From: a virus
Strand: one strand, 5' to 3'
Virus record (IMG/VR): IMGVR_UViG_3300027816_000055
Length of the DNA: 64,000 nucleotides
Part shown: positions 38,305-48,768 of the stretch, piece by piece
How the letters are laid out: each line of letters opens with the position of its first letter
Numbering within the stretch: position 1 is the stretch's first letter
The notes under the pieces: model-generated
What the model saw: only the letters and a program-made list of their open reading frames with translations
What the model was told of the DNA's origin: nothing
Databases searched by the model: none
Translations under genes and position numbers: made by a program

Positions 38305-40929
38305 ATGGCACAAAATATTGAAAGTCTAGACAATAGACCGTGGGTTCCACATCATATTCCAAATCCAATTAGACGCGAATTGTATCGTCGAACGTTGGAT
38401 CAGGGACTGAATTATGTTGACACAGGCACTAAAACAAACAATTGGTCCGATTACAAAAATTATCGAGGACCATTAAGTGCATGGGTTCGCGTAACGAGCA
38501 ATGGTACTGGTGTTAGTAAAGCATTATCAAATACGCAAAAATATAATGGATTTGTAATGTACGGTGGACAGGGATTTCAGGATACATTTGGGAATATAAA
38601 TTTTAAAGATACTACAAATCCATATTATCAACCAAATATATTAGGATATGATACAAATGGAAAAGAACATATCTTGGACTTAGATATTAAAAATCCCAAT
38701 ATTGTTACTTTAAAGGGAAGTCCGACTCGTAATGTTCCAATTTTACTACCCCCACCGGGTATTGTTTCTGTTGAAGCAAACATGCAAAAAGAACGTATTA
38801 GAAAGGTAACGATTAATTGGAAATGCTATAGCTTTGCTCAATTGGAATATATGACTCCATATTTTTTGACGCCGGGCATTAGTTTAATTGTAGAATTTGG
38901 ATGGAATCTTTTTAACCAAAACTGTTTACTAAATTTAAAAGACATTGATGTATTAAAAACGTTATGGGTAGATGGAACTCCGCTATATCAAAAAACATTG
39001 GATTCAAATGGTATGTATGACGCAACATTTGGAGCTATTGCAAATTTTGAATTTAATACCCAAGACGGCACAACATATGAATGCAAAACTGAAATTTACT
39101 CAAAACATCGAAATCATACAGGAGCTTTATTAAACGAATCTCCTAAAAATACAAAAATTTTATCAACTAATCAAATAGAAACTATACTTACAAAACCTTC
39201 ATTATATGAATTTTGTAATCAACGTCTTAAAAATGTAGCAAAATGTTTGGAAGGAGATGGCAAAAATTTTTTTGAACCATTAACAAAAGAAGAAAAAGAA
39301 AAATCAACAATATCAGATCCAATACCATATAATAATGAAGAATTAAAGAAAAAATTTTTTAATGGAAACCCAGAAAATCGTATTTTTATTGCACGCAACA
39401 AATTAAAAAACGATCCATTATTAATCGGTAATAAAAATGAAACATACGGTCCTCCAGATAAAGATATTGATTGGGATAGCAGTTCTCCTGATGATACTTG
39501 GGTAACAATGGGATTTGTAGTTGAGCTTTTGAATTTATTTATAAGTCAGAATATAAATCTAAAAGCATCTAATGATCCAAATTTTGAACTTTTTACGTTT
39601 GATATTGAAGACGTTGCTGTTGGCGCGCACCCAAATTTAATTAGCAGTGATGGATACACTGTGTTAATTCCAAATCCAATTGCGCCAAAATTTAATTTGG
39701 GATATAAGTTGTGGGTCTCTGATTATGAAAAAGTGATAGAAAACAAACTACAATCACAAACGTCACATAAAACTGCGATATTTGAAAAGTACAGCACAAA
39801 TATGTTGTCGTACAACAAAAAATTATTTAATATTTTCAGAACCGGATATGTACCAATCCCTCAAGTCAATCCAAAAGCCGGCGCATATAGAAATAATCTT
39901 GATAATATCATTAATCGGTTTCGCTATAATTTTTTTGCCAATAAAATAAAGCCATATGATGCTGCATTTCCTCAGATGGTTGATTACACAGTAAAAGGAA
40001 ATGAAAAAAAAGCGGGATATTGGGGGTATTTAAAAGATTTATTTATTCATGTAAATGTTATTATTAATGCTTCAAAAAACGCAAGAACTGCGGAAGATTT
40101 TCTAAATTCATTGTTGCAAACTGTATCCGCTGCATCAGCAGGATTATGGGAATTGGCTGTAATTGAAGATGAAAATAAATTAAAAATTATTGATAAAAAA
40201 TTTATTTCTAAAAAAATATATCAAAATCTGTATCAATTTGATATCAGTTCTGATAGTTGTATCAAATCATTATCATTCACTGTGACACCAAGTAATGCAC
40301 AAATGACTCAAGTTATTGCTGGATCAACAAATAATCAAGAACAAACAACTGGACAATCAACTGCCACTGCATTGCCCGACTTTAAATTCGGAGATAGACT
40401 TGGAACAAATCAGCTTAAATCAGAGGAACCAAAAAAAACATTTGTAAATGAATCCTCTGATTTGATAAGACAACTTCAAAAATATGGCAGAGTTGAAGGA
40501 GCATTTGCAATGAGCTTAAGATATCCGAACGAACAAGATTATTATGAAGTTGTTAATCTTGCATTACCAAGTAAAAATTTGTTGTTGTCTTTAATCGATT
40601 GTGAAGATTATGAAGATAATCTTAATATGTATGGTGGACAACAACCAAATTTTATATGCGAATTAGTGTTACAAGGAATTGCTGGACTTCGGACGTTTCA
40701 ATGTTTTAGTATTAAAAATTTACCCAAACCATATAGTCCAGATGATGTAATATTTTCAATTATTGATTTGACACATTCTATCCAAAACGGAGAATGGACA
40801 ACAACAATAAAAGCCGGTATACGTCCTCGCGCTAAATTGAAATCTGTTGTAGGGGTTAATTATGAATATACAAACGGCAAAGAGGCGTTTGAATCAACAA
40901 ATGATGTGCCAATAATGAATCTAAAATAA
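38305..40929 (+). CDS. Large baseplate hub protein (gp27-like)
   Basis: 874 aa; PPPGIVSV, YFLTPGISLIVEFGW, GLRTFQCFSI...PKPY...FSIIDLTH.I..GEWTT.I. Confidence 0.6.
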   Translation: MAQNIESLDNRPWVPHHIPNPIRRELYRRTLDQGLNYVDTGTKTNNWSDYKNYRGPLSAWVRVTSNGTGVSKALSNTQKYNGFVMYGGQGFQDTFGNINFKDTTNPYYQPNILGYDTNGKEHILDLDIKNPNIVTLKGSPTRNVPILLPPPGIVSVEANMQKERIRKVTINWKCYSFAQLEYMTPYFLTPGISLIVEFGWNLFNQNCLLNLKDIDVLKTLWVDGTPLYQKTLDSNGMYDATFGAIANFEFNTQDGTTYECKTEIYSKHRNHTGALLNESPKNTKILSTNQIETILTKPSLYEFCNQRLKNVAKCLEGDGKNFFEPLTKEEKEKSTISDPIPYNNEELKKKFFNGNPENRIFIARNKLKNDPLLIGNKNETYGPPDKDIDWDSSSPDDTWVTMGFVVELLNLFISQNINLKASNDPNFELFTFDIEDVAVGAHPNLISSDGYTVLIPNPIAPKFNLGYKLWVSDYEKVIENKLQSQTSHKTAIFEKYSTNMLSYNKKLFNIFRTGYVPIPQVNPKAGAYRNNLDNIINRFRYNFFANKIKPYDAAFPQMVDYTVKGNEKKAGYWGYLKDLFIHVNVIINASKNARTAEDFLNSLLQTVSAASAGLWELAVIEDENKLKIIDKKFISKKIYQNLYQFDISSDSCIKSLSFTVTPSNAQMTQVIAGSTNNQEQTTGQSTATALPDFKFGDRLGTNQLKSEEPKKTFVNESSDLIRQLQKYGRVEGAFAMSLRYPNEQDYYEVVNLALPSKNLLLSLIDCEDYEDNLNMYGGQQPNFICELVLQGIAGLRTFQCFSIKNLPKPYSPDDVIFSIIDLTHSIQNGEWTTTIKAGIRPRAKLKSVVGVNYEYTNGKEAFESTNDVPIMNLK

Positions 40930-40930
40930 T

Positions 40931-41320
40931 ATGATTAATATTAATACATATAATTTAATTGGTAATTCAATAGGTGTACAAAATTATGTATATCCAAAAT
41001 TTTATACATTTGTTGTAAATAATTTTGATTATGAAAACGGATTTACATATCGTTATTTTGTTAATAAAATAAATGATAATTTGATAATTGAAGTGTCTGA
41101 AAAAAATTACGATGACATTCAAAAAAATTTGTTTAATAAAGTTGTAGTGATATGGCATTTAATTGGACCTGAGAGAAATGTGTATGTCAATGGAAAGCTT
41201 TATGAACAAGGCATTTACGAAAAAAATTTCAAAGAAATAAGTATCGCAGCACAAACCATGCCAAGTCTAAAAAATTTTATTACAAACTACACGCAATATA
41301 GCAAGCCTAGAAAAGATTGA
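40931..41320 (+). CDS. Hypothetical baseplate-region protein
   Basis: 129 aa; DYENGFTYRYFVNKIND. Confidence 0.6.
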   Translation: MININTYNLIGNSIGVQNYVYPKFYTFVVNNFDYENGFTYRYFVNKINDNLIIEVSEKNYDDIQKNLFNKVVVIWHLIGPERNVYVNGKLYEQGIYEKNFKEISIAAQTMPSLKNFITNYTQYSKPRKD

Positions 41321-41345
41321 CATGTGGCAGTACCTACTGTATTGT
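41317..41345 (+). promoter_or_regulatory. Sigma70-like promoter upstream of the PolA gene
   Basis: TTGACA-17 nt-TATTGT. Confidence 0.65.
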
Positions 41346-41351
41346 CGATGA

Positions 41352-42707
41352 ATGATCATAGATAGTGAAAAAGAATATCTAAAATTTCTTGATAATTACA
41401 ATCAACATGATTTAATTGTCAATACATTGGGATGTGATGAACGATATCATCCTGTTGTAGACGAATTGTGCGCCGTGTTTATTAAAAGTATTACCGATGG
41501 TAGAGATTTTACATTGAGTGTAAATCATCCAGATGGTGTATGGAATATTGATAAAGTTCGACTGGCAATCGACTTGAATAAATTAAATACAAATATATGG
41601 ACATTCGATAAGAAGAAAACTTTACATTTTTTGCCCGTCTTGAAATTGAAAGATATTCAAGTTTACGATTACATGGAAACAGGCGAAATTGTTGATGTAA
41701 CTCAGTATCAATCAAATGTTTATGCATTTTATAAGCATATGTATGGCAAATATAGTGATTTGAATTGCGTTATTCCACTATCAGTACATATTGCTAGTTT
41801 CGAAAATTTATCTGATAGCGTACTTGCACGTATTCGTGGAGTAAACACCGATCAAATTTTCAATCGTATTAATACTGAAATTGTTGAAAGTTTTCAGTCT
41901 ATTGAATCAAATGGCTTGAAAATTGATGAAGTGTTGTTTCAACAACACTTTGGGCACAAAGAATGTAAAATCAAAAACGGGTTTGCTCACACTGAGTATA
42001 ATTTGTTTACATCTACGGGTCGGCCAAGTAACCGATTTGGTAACATCAATTATGCTGCTCTCAAAAAAGACGATGGTTGTCGATCTGCATTTGTTAGTCG
42101 TTATGGAAATGACGGATATTTGTTTATGATTGACTATAGTGCATATCATCCACGTTTGATTGCACAATTGGTACGTTACAATCTTCCTGAAGATGTTTAC
42201 AATTATTTGGGTCAGTCGTACTTCAACAAAGACATATTATCTGATGAAGAATTGAAGGCGGCAAAAACAACTACCTTTCAATTATTGTATGGCAATATTC
42301 CAGAAAAATATGTTCACATTCCATTCTTTGTAAAAATCAAAGACTATATTGAACACAGATGGAATCATTTTACAACACACGGATATGTCGAAACGCCAAT
42401 ATATAAGCGTCGTATCACTCCAAACAACATCAGTGAACCAAGTCCAAATAAGCTGTTTAACTATATTTTACAGGCAACCGAAACGGAGTACAACACTGCT
42501 GTATTACGTGATTTGGTAGTGCATCTAAAAAATAGACTAACCAAGCCTATTTTGTATACATATGATTCTGTACTTTTTGATGTCAGCAATCAAGATGGTA
42601 TTGAAATTTTGAGAGAAATTAAAAATATTATGTCGCCTAATAATAATTTTCCTGTAAAATGTTATAAAGGAAACAATTATAATGAAATGCATATAATAAG
42701 TGTATAA
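41352..42707 (+). CDS. polA: Short, divergent family A DNA polymerase
   Basis: STGRPS, motif A DYSAYHPRL, motif B AKTTTFQLLYG, FNYILQATE, motif C variant YTYDS. Confidence 0.8.
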   Translation: MIIDSEKEYLKFLDNYNQHDLIVNTLGCDERYHPVVDELCAVFIKSITDGRDFTLSVNHPDGVWNIDKVRLAIDLNKLNTNIWTFDKKKTLHFLPVLKLKDIQVYDYMETGEIVDVTQYQSNVYAFYKHMYGKYSDLNCVIPLSVHIASFENLSDSVLARIRGVNTDQIFNRINTEIVESFQSIESNGLKIDEVLFQQHFGHKECKIKNGFAHTEYNLFTSTGRPSNRFGNINYAALKKDDGCRSAFVSRYGNDGYLFMIDYSAYHPRLIAQLVRYNLPEDVYNYLGQSYFNKDILSDEELKAAKTTTFQLLYGNIPEKYVHIPFFVKIKDYIEHRWNHFTTHGYVETPIYKRRITPNNISEPSPNKLFNYILQATETEYNTAVLRDLVVHLKNRLTKPILYTYDSVLFDVSNQDGIEILREIKNIMSPNNNFPVKCYKGNNYNEMHIISV

Positions 42708-42737
42708 TAATGGATTTTTCAAATATATTTATTATGG

Positions 42738-43412
42738 ATGAAAGAAATCTATAATAAAGTTTTGGAAGCGGTCGCAATTGATCCCCGTTTAGACACAGGT
42801 ATTTTTGATGTATTAAACAATGATCATTTGTCTGTTTTTCGTGAATATCTAGTAAAAGAAGGTATTTCTGAAGATACCGCTATTGCTGCCAGCAACAAAC
42901 TGGCAGAAGCGGGTAGATTTCCAGAGCGACAAGCTTATAACAAAGATGGTTTGTTGGTAACATTTCCTTCACCAGAACACAAACAACGCGCAATTGCTAG
43001 AGGAACTCATTTTGAGAGAAATCCAAAATCAGCACAAGTAAATATTTTTGGTGCTGAAACACAACCTCAACAACCGGCACAACCAGCACCAGCACAACAA
43101 ACAGTTGCTCCTACAACTATTGCAAAACCTGCTGCACCCACACAAGCACCCGTTAAACAGTCAGTTGCTACAACGCAATCTGCGGATGTTACTCCTGTAA
43201 ATGCCGATAATCGCACACCAGAAGAAAGAGCGGCAGACGCAAATGCGGTGGAAAAAATGTTAAAGACTGAAGGAAAGTCATATACTTTGTCCGAAGCAAT
43301 TGCATTTGGATTCTACTCAAAGAACAATATATGGTATACATCGGATGGTGAAAAAGTTGGTCGCTTGTGGTATGTGGCAGATCGCAAACAACAAATTATA
43401 TTGCCATGTTAA
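42738..43412 (+). CDS. Hypothetical protein with a Pro/Ala/Gln-rich linker
   Basis: 224 aa; TATTTATT at 42726-42733. Confidence 0.6.
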   Translation: MKEIYNKVLEAVAIDPRLDTGIFDVLNNDHLSVFREYLVKEGISEDTAIAASNKLAEAGRFPERQAYNKDGLLVTFPSPEHKQRAIARGTHFERNPKSAQVNIFGAETQPQQPAQPAPAQQTVAPTTIAKPAAPTQAPVKQSVATTQSADVTPVNADNRTPEERAADANAVEKMLKTEGKSYTLSEAIAFGFYSKNNIWYTSDGEKVGRLWYVADRKQQIILPC

Positions 43413-43807
43413 CGAGAGAAAAACAACTTTTATGCACATTTACGAATAATGGAGATTATTCGTTATTACTCTCTAAAATTTCAAATTTTTATACAATTTT
43501 AGAACATAAACTTTTTATTTTTGCAAATGTAACAAATTTGAAAGAATATTATCTTACATACAATGTTGACTGTAGAAATACAACGGTCGGCAAATTTCCA
43601 AACACCATTAGTATACATCGCAAGAAAATGTATAATACATTGTATACTTTAAATGGAATGAATAGACTCATTACAGACGAAAACAACGGAGTATTTGATA
43701 AAACATATCAACTCAATTGGGAATTATACAGAAACTCATTGATTTTGACTACGGATATCGGCGTCAAAGTGGTTGGTCTCAAGTTGGTAGACATTGTTAC
43801 GATGTGA
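43406..43807 (+). CDS. Hypothetical protein
   Basis: LLCTFT...HRKKMYNTLYTLNGMN; ATG overlaps the upstream stop. Confidence 0.6.
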   Translation: MLTREKQLLCTFTNNGDYSLLLSKISNFYTILEHKLFIFANVTNLKEYYLTYNVDCRNTTVGKFPNTISIHRKKMYNTLYTLNGMNRLITDENNGVFDKTYQLNWELYRNSLILTTDIGVKVVGLKLVDIVTM

Positions 43808-43957
43808 CTTTTTATAGTTTTCATTAGTTTTTATACAAAAAAATTTCTTGTGGTTTTTGAAAATCACTCTATACTTATACGTGTATTAAATGATGCACTG
43901 TCTCTAGTGAGACGATTATTATCTAATACACACTTAACAATTAATAAATTAAAAATT

Positions 43958-44785
43958 ATGGCATTACCATCAAATAAAATTAAGAGTATTCTTAACTCTA
44001 TTCAAAACGTTAACAACAAAACTTCTTCTGTTTGGAAGCCTGAACCCGGAATCCACAACATTCGTATTGTTCCTTACAAGTTCAACCCTGATCAATTCAG
44101 CTTTATTGAGTTGAAGTTCCATTATGGCTTGAAGGTCAAGGATGCAACCGGTAAGATTGTAGAACGTACTTTCTTGTCTCCAGACTCCTTTAATCGTCCC
44201 GATCCTATTGTCGAATTTGCAAATAGATTGCAAAAGACTGGTGATAAGGAAGATTGGAAGCGTGGTCGCAATTTGCTTCCAAAGCAACGTACCTATGCAC
44301 CTATTTTGGTTCGTGGTAAAGAAAATGAAGGAATCAAGTTTTGGGGATTCGGCAAGACTGTGTATGAAACAATCTTGAAGGCATGTGACGAAGAAGTATT
44401 CGGTGATATTAGTGATCCAACAACTGGACATGATATTATTGTTGAATACAAGGAGGCTGGACCTAGTGCTGGTGGAAAGAATTTTCCAACAACAACAATT
44501 ACTGTGAAGGGTAAGGCAACTCCTGCAATCGACGAGCCGCGTAAGCACATCTTGGACTTCCAGAAGAATATTTTGGAATTGTTTCCAGAACCTACTTACG
44601 ACCAGTTGTATAACATCATGACTGAAATGTTGTCTGCTGGTACTACGGAAGAATCTACGGATGATACCGTAGTAGAACCAACTGATGATGCTATTGCAGC
44701 AAATACTTCTCCAACTGCTGCATCGGCACAAAGTAACACTCCAAGTGTAAACGATCAATTCGATAAGTTATTTGGAAAGAAATAA
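43958..44785 (+). CDS. gp32: Single-stranded DNA-binding protein (gp32-like)
   Basis: WKPEPG...RIVPY, DPIVEF, GIKFWGFGKTVY, DISDPTTGHD, acidic tail ending FDKLF; weak sigma70-like promoter at 43848-43875. Confidence 0.8.
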   Translation: MALPSNKIKSILNSIQNVNNKTSSVWKPEPGIHNIRIVPYKFNPDQFSFIELKFHYGLKVKDATGKIVERTFLSPDSFNRPDPIVEFANRLQKTGDKEDWKRGRNLLPKQRTYAPILVRGKENEGIKFWGFGKTVYETILKACDEEVFGDISDPTTGHDIIVEYKEAGPSAGGKNFPTTTITVKGKATPAIDEPRKHILDFQKNILELFPEPTYDQLYNIMTEMLSAGTTEESTDDTVVEPTDDAIAANTSPTAASAQSNTPSVNDQFDKLFGKK

Positions 44786-44803
44786 ATTAAATTGATAAAC
44801 ATA

Positions 44804-44836
44804 GGATGATGACATATAATGTCATCATCCTTTTTT
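44804..44836 (+). terminator. Intrinsic terminator
   Basis: GGATGATGACAT-ata-ATGTCATCATCC followed by TTTTTT. Confidence 0.9.
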
Positions 44837-44879
44837 AGTATGTACGTAATGAAGGAAAAAATAAACATTTATAAACTAT

Positions 44880-46094
44880 ATGGCAAAAACAAGTAAAAAC
44901 ACAAACGAATCTGAAGATTCAAAGAAGAAAAGCACAAAATCTGTTAGTAAGAACGATTCTCTATTAGCAAATTTAGCAGCGGAATTAAATAAAAATAACA
45001 AAGAAGGTGGCAAAATTGCATACTTTCTTGATGAGCAAGATGATCCATCTACAATCAGTGATTGGATTAGCACCGGTTCAAGTTTATTGGATCTTGCAAT
45101 TAGTAATCGACCAAATGGTGGATTGCCAGTTGGACGAATGGTCGAATTTAACGGCTTAGAAGGAACCGGAAAAAGTTTGGTGAGCGCACACATTGTAGCG
45201 AATACACAAAAGAAAGGCGGCAAAGCAATCTTTATTGACACAGAAAATGCTGCCGCACCTGACTTTTGGAAGAGCTTGGGTGTAGATTTGTCAAATCTAT
45301 TGTATATTCAACGTGAAACAGTAGAAGATATTTTTACCACAATGGAGCAAGCAATCGCATATATTCGTAAAGATCAACCCGATGCATTGTTAACAATTAT
45401 TGTTGATAGTGTAGCGGCAGCATCTACAAAAGCTGAGATGGAAAGTGATCATGGTAAAGACGGATATGCCACGGGTAAAGCAATTATTATTAGTAAAGCA
45501 CTTCGTAAAATTACTAGTATGATTGGTCGTCAAAAAGTATTGATTGTATTCACAAATCAATTGCGTCAAAATTTAAATGCAAGTCCTTTTGGTGATCAAT
45601 ATACAGTTAGCGGTGGCAAAGGATTGCCTTACCATTGCAGTGTTCGTGTACGACTAAACAACGCAGGTCAATTAAAGTTACCAGACAAGACTGTTATTGG
45701 CAATGAATGTAAAGCTGTGGTTGTAAAGAATCGTATGGGACCACCACAACGTCATGTATTTTTCAATATTTATTTTGATAGCGGTATTGCTGATTATGCA
45801 AGCTGGTTAGAAGTATTGAAAGAAAAAGCTTATGTTAAACCAGCCGGTAGTGCTGGATTAAAATATGTCGCATTGAACGGCGACGAAGTTGTATTTAAAT
45901 CTGAAAGTTTCATCAAGCTTTTGGATGAACGCCCAGAGTTTAAAACCGAAATGTATAATCGTATTTGTGATGCAGTAATCATGCAATATAAAAATGCAAA
46001 TAGCACTATTATTGATTCATCCGCAAATGCTGATGAAGATGCGGAAATGATTGCTGACGAATCCGATATTGATCATTCAGAAGAAAACAATTAA
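44880..46094 (+). CDS. uvsX: RecA/UvsX recombinase
   Basis: WISTGSSLLD, Walker A GLEGTGKS, IIVDSVAA, FTNQLR, SGGK. Confidence 0.93.
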   Translation: MAKTSKNTNESEDSKKKSTKSVSKNDSLLANLAAELNKNNKEGGKIAYFLDEQDDPSTISDWISTGSSLLDLAISNRPNGGLPVGRMVEFNGLEGTGKSLVSAHIVANTQKKGGKAIFIDTENAAAPDFWKSLGVDLSNLLYIQRETVEDIFTTMEQAIAYIRKDQPDALLTIIVDSVAAASTKAEMESDHGKDGYATGKAIIISKALRKITSMIGRQKVLIVFTNQLRQNLNASPFGDQYTVSGGKGLPYHCSVRVRLNNAGQLKLPDKTVIGNECKAVVVKNRMGPPQRHVFFNIYFDSGIADYASWLEVLKEKAYVKPAGSAGLKYVALNGDEVVFKSESFIKLLDERPEFKTEMYNRICDAVIMQYKNANSTIIDSSANADEDAEMIADESDIDHSEENN

Positions 46095-46098
46095 TTAT

Positions 46099-47157
46099 AT
46101 GGACCCAATCACATCAGAAGATCGTAAAAAATTATTTTCTATGTTTCAAAACATGGAATTAAACACCAAGCCTGTTGAACGTATGTTGAACAGTGAAGTT
46201 CTTTTGGTGGATGGGTTGAATTGTTTCTTTCGTTCATTTATGGCTGTGCCAAGTCTAAATGACAATGGATTACACGTTGGAGGCATAGCTGGCTTTTTAC
46301 AAAGTATTGGTTATGCCTCCAAACTTTTAAATCCAACTCGTATTGTCATTGTTTTTGATGGCAGCGGTGGCAGTATGAAGCGCAGAAAAATATTTCCAGA
46401 ATATAAGGAGCGCAGAAAAACTAATTTAAAGTATAATAGAAGTTATGAGGAATTGACGACCGATGAACAAGAAGATAGAAATATTCAATCACAATTATTG
46501 CGACTGATTGGATATCTTGATGCATTGCCTGTGACTGTGATGAGTGTTGATCATGTAGAAGCAGATGACACCATTGCATACGCGGCAAATGAATATTTTA
46601 AAGATAGCAATAAAGTATATATCATGAGCACAGACAAGGATTATTTACAATTGGTCAATGAAAAGATCAATGTATGGAGTCCAACCAAAAAGAAACTTTA
46701 TGGATGTGCAGAAATTTTATTGGAGTATGGAATTAGTTGTGAAAACTTTCTAAATTACAGAATACTTAGTGGTGATGAAAGTGACAATATTGATGGAATA
46801 CAAGGCAGTGGATTAAAAACTGTATTAAAGTGTTTTCCACAATTTGCAGAGCATACACAAATGTCATTGGAGCAAATATATACACATTGCGAACAGAACA
46901 AAAAGAAATATAAACTATATTCTTCTATTTTAGAAAACAAGAGCATTGTTGAAAGAAACTATGCACTGATGCAATTGAAAGATACACAATTGCAATCATT
47001 TACACAATTACGTGTTAATGAGATACTTAATAAACCTATTGGAATATTAAATAGAATGCGTTTTAGCAAATTGATTGCAGAAGATAGAATGTGGAACAAT
47101 ATAAAAAATCATCATACTTGGTTATCGGATACATTCGGTCGATTGATCGTCTCCTAA
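46099..47157 (+). CDS. rnh: 5'-3' exonuclease/RNase H (FEN, T4 rnh-like)
   Basis: LLVDGLN, VFDG, EADD, STDKDYLQL, GDESDNIDG. Confidence 0.9.
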   Translation: MDPITSEDRKKLFSMFQNMELNTKPVERMLNSEVLLVDGLNCFFRSFMAVPSLNDNGLHVGGIAGFLQSIGYASKLLNPTRIVIVFDGSGGSMKRRKIFPEYKERRKTNLKYNRSYEELTTDEQEDRNIQSQLLRLIGYLDALPVTVMSVDHVEADDTIAYAANEYFKDSNKVYIMSTDKDYLQLVNEKINVWSPTKKKLYGCAEILLEYGISCENFLNYRILSGDESDNIDGIQGSGLKTVLKCFPQFAEHTQMSLEQIYTHCEQNKKKYKLYSSILENKSIVERNYALMQLKDTQLQSFTQLRVNEILNKPIGILNRMRFSKLIAEDRMWNNIKNHHTWLSDTFGRLIVS

Positions 47158-47175
47158 CTTTCAGAATATAATAAG

Positions 47176-47204
47176 TTGCGGAACTGAAAAACATCGTCTA
47201 TAGT
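47176..47204 (+). promoter_or_regulatory. Sigma70-like promoter upstream of the helicase gene
   Basis: TTGCGG-17 nt-TATAGT. Confidence 0.55.
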
Positions 47205-47249
47205 GGACACTCGCTTAGAAAAGTTGGTAGAAACTATAACACATATTAT

Positions 47250-48638
47250 ATGCAAGTAATCGATAACCTAAAAAAGTTCGGACCTGAATTTCAACTTAAG
47301 TGCATCAGCGGCTTAATTAGTGATAAACCATTCATGGAGCGTATCAACGACATTGTTGATCCTCTTAGTTTTGAAAGTGATGCCAATCAGTGGATTGTTA
47401 AGACTGCCCTCAAATATTTTTTGAAGTTCAAGGAACTGCCTACATTGACTGCGTTTCAAGTTGAACTTGATGCGGTTGAACAGGAAGAATTAAAGAATCA
47501 AGTTGTAACACAGTTGCGGTTGGTTTTCAACAAAATCACTGATAGTGATTTGATGTATGTCAAAGAGCAATTTTTAGAGTTCTGTCGAAATCAGACTTTG
47601 AAGAATGCAATCATGGAAAGTGTTGATCATTTGCAGCGCGGTCATTACGAAAAGATTAAAAGCGTTGTTGATCATGCCATGAAAGCTGGTATGGAGCGCA
47701 ATATCGGTCATGATTATATGACAGATGTTGACAAGCGAATGAGTGTGATGTCTCGAAATACTATTTCTACCAAATGGCAAGTTGTGGATCAAATCATGGA
47801 TGGTGGTCTAGCTGCTGGTGAAATGGGTATTGTAACCGCATGCGCTGGATCTGGTAAGAGTTGGGTCTTGGCTAAACTTGGTGCCGAGGCTATGAGACAG
47901 GGTAAAAATGTTTTGCATTTTACTCTTGAATTGAATGAAAATTATGTTGGTTTGCGTTATGACGCGTGTTTCACCGGTATTGATTTTCAAAACATTCGCA
48001 ACAATATCGGTATTGTAAAGGATCGTATTGCCAATGTTCCCGGCAAATTGATCATTAAGTATTTTCCAATTAAAACTGTTAGTGCTCACAATTTGAAAGC
48101 ACATGCAGAGAGATTGGCAATGTTGGGTACAAAGATTGATATGATGGTAGTCGATTATGCAGATATTCTACGTCCATTTCAATCTGATCGTAATGCAAAC
48201 AGCTATAGCGAAGCAGGTGGTATTTATGAAGAACTACGTGCTGTTGCGGGAGAATTGCAAATTCCTATTTGGACTGCTTCACAAAGCAATCGTGCCGGTA
48301 TGGAAGAAGACGTATTAACCGCAATGAATATTAGCGATAGCTATCGTAAAATCATGACGGCAGATTTCGTATTATCTGTAAGTCGCAAGACTCAGGATAA
48401 GCAAGCCAATACTGCTCGTTTTCATATCATTAAAAATCGTTTCGGTCCAGATGGATTGACTTTTCCTGCTCGTATGAACGCTGGTTGTGGAGATATTCAA
48501 TTGTTTGACGAAGGTAGCCGCGAAGGTGCTGCATTGATTAATGAAATGAATCAAAGCGAAAATATTGTGAAGAAAATGATGAAAAGTAAGTGGGACGAAC
48601 ACATGGGTCGCAATCGTGAAGACGACGGAGACAACTAA
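47250..48638 (+). CDS. gp41: Replicative DnaB-like helicase (T4 gp41-like)
   Basis: Walker A ACAGSGKS, FTLEL, VVDYAD, WTASQSNR, KNRFG. Confidence 0.9.
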   Translation: MQVIDNLKKFGPEFQLKCISGLISDKPFMERINDIVDPLSFESDANQWIVKTALKYFLKFKELPTLTAFQVELDAVEQEELKNQVVTQLRLVFNKITDSDLMYVKEQFLEFCRNQTLKNAIMESVDHLQRGHYEKIKSVVDHAMKAGMERNIGHDYMTDVDKRMSVMSRNTISTKWQVVDQIMDGGLAAGEMGIVTACAGSGKSWVLAKLGAEAMRQGKNVLHFTLELNENYVGLRYDACFTGIDFQNIRNNIGIVKDRIANVPGKLIIKYFPIKTVSAHNLKAHAERLAMLGTKIDMMVVDYADILRPFQSDRNANSYSEAGGIYEELRAVAGELQIPIWTASQSNRAGMEEDVLTAMNISDSYRKIMTADFVLSVSRKTQDKQANTARFHIIKNRFGPDGLTFPARMNAGCGDIQLFDEGSREGAALINEMNQSENIVKKMMKSKWDEHMGRNREDDGDN

Positions 48639-48663
48639 TCCATAGCAAATACAAAATGTAAAA

Positions 48664-48701
48664 TGCAAAAAATAATTTCTGAAATGAAATTATTTTTTGC
48701 A
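48664..48701. repeat. Perfect 16-bp inverted repeat upstream of nrdJ
   Basis: TGCAAAAAATAATTTC-tgaaat-GAAATTATTTTTTGCA. Confidence 0.85.
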
Positions 48702-48768
48702 ATAATACAATCATGTTCGATAATTATTTTTCACATTAAAACAAGTTACAAAAACAGTTAATTTATAT

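Noticed and set aside
48640-48768. Cobalamin riboswitch or canonical NrdR box upstream of nrdJ
   Set aside because: The region is too short and AT-rich for the riboswitch, and no NrdR-box-like sequence was recognised
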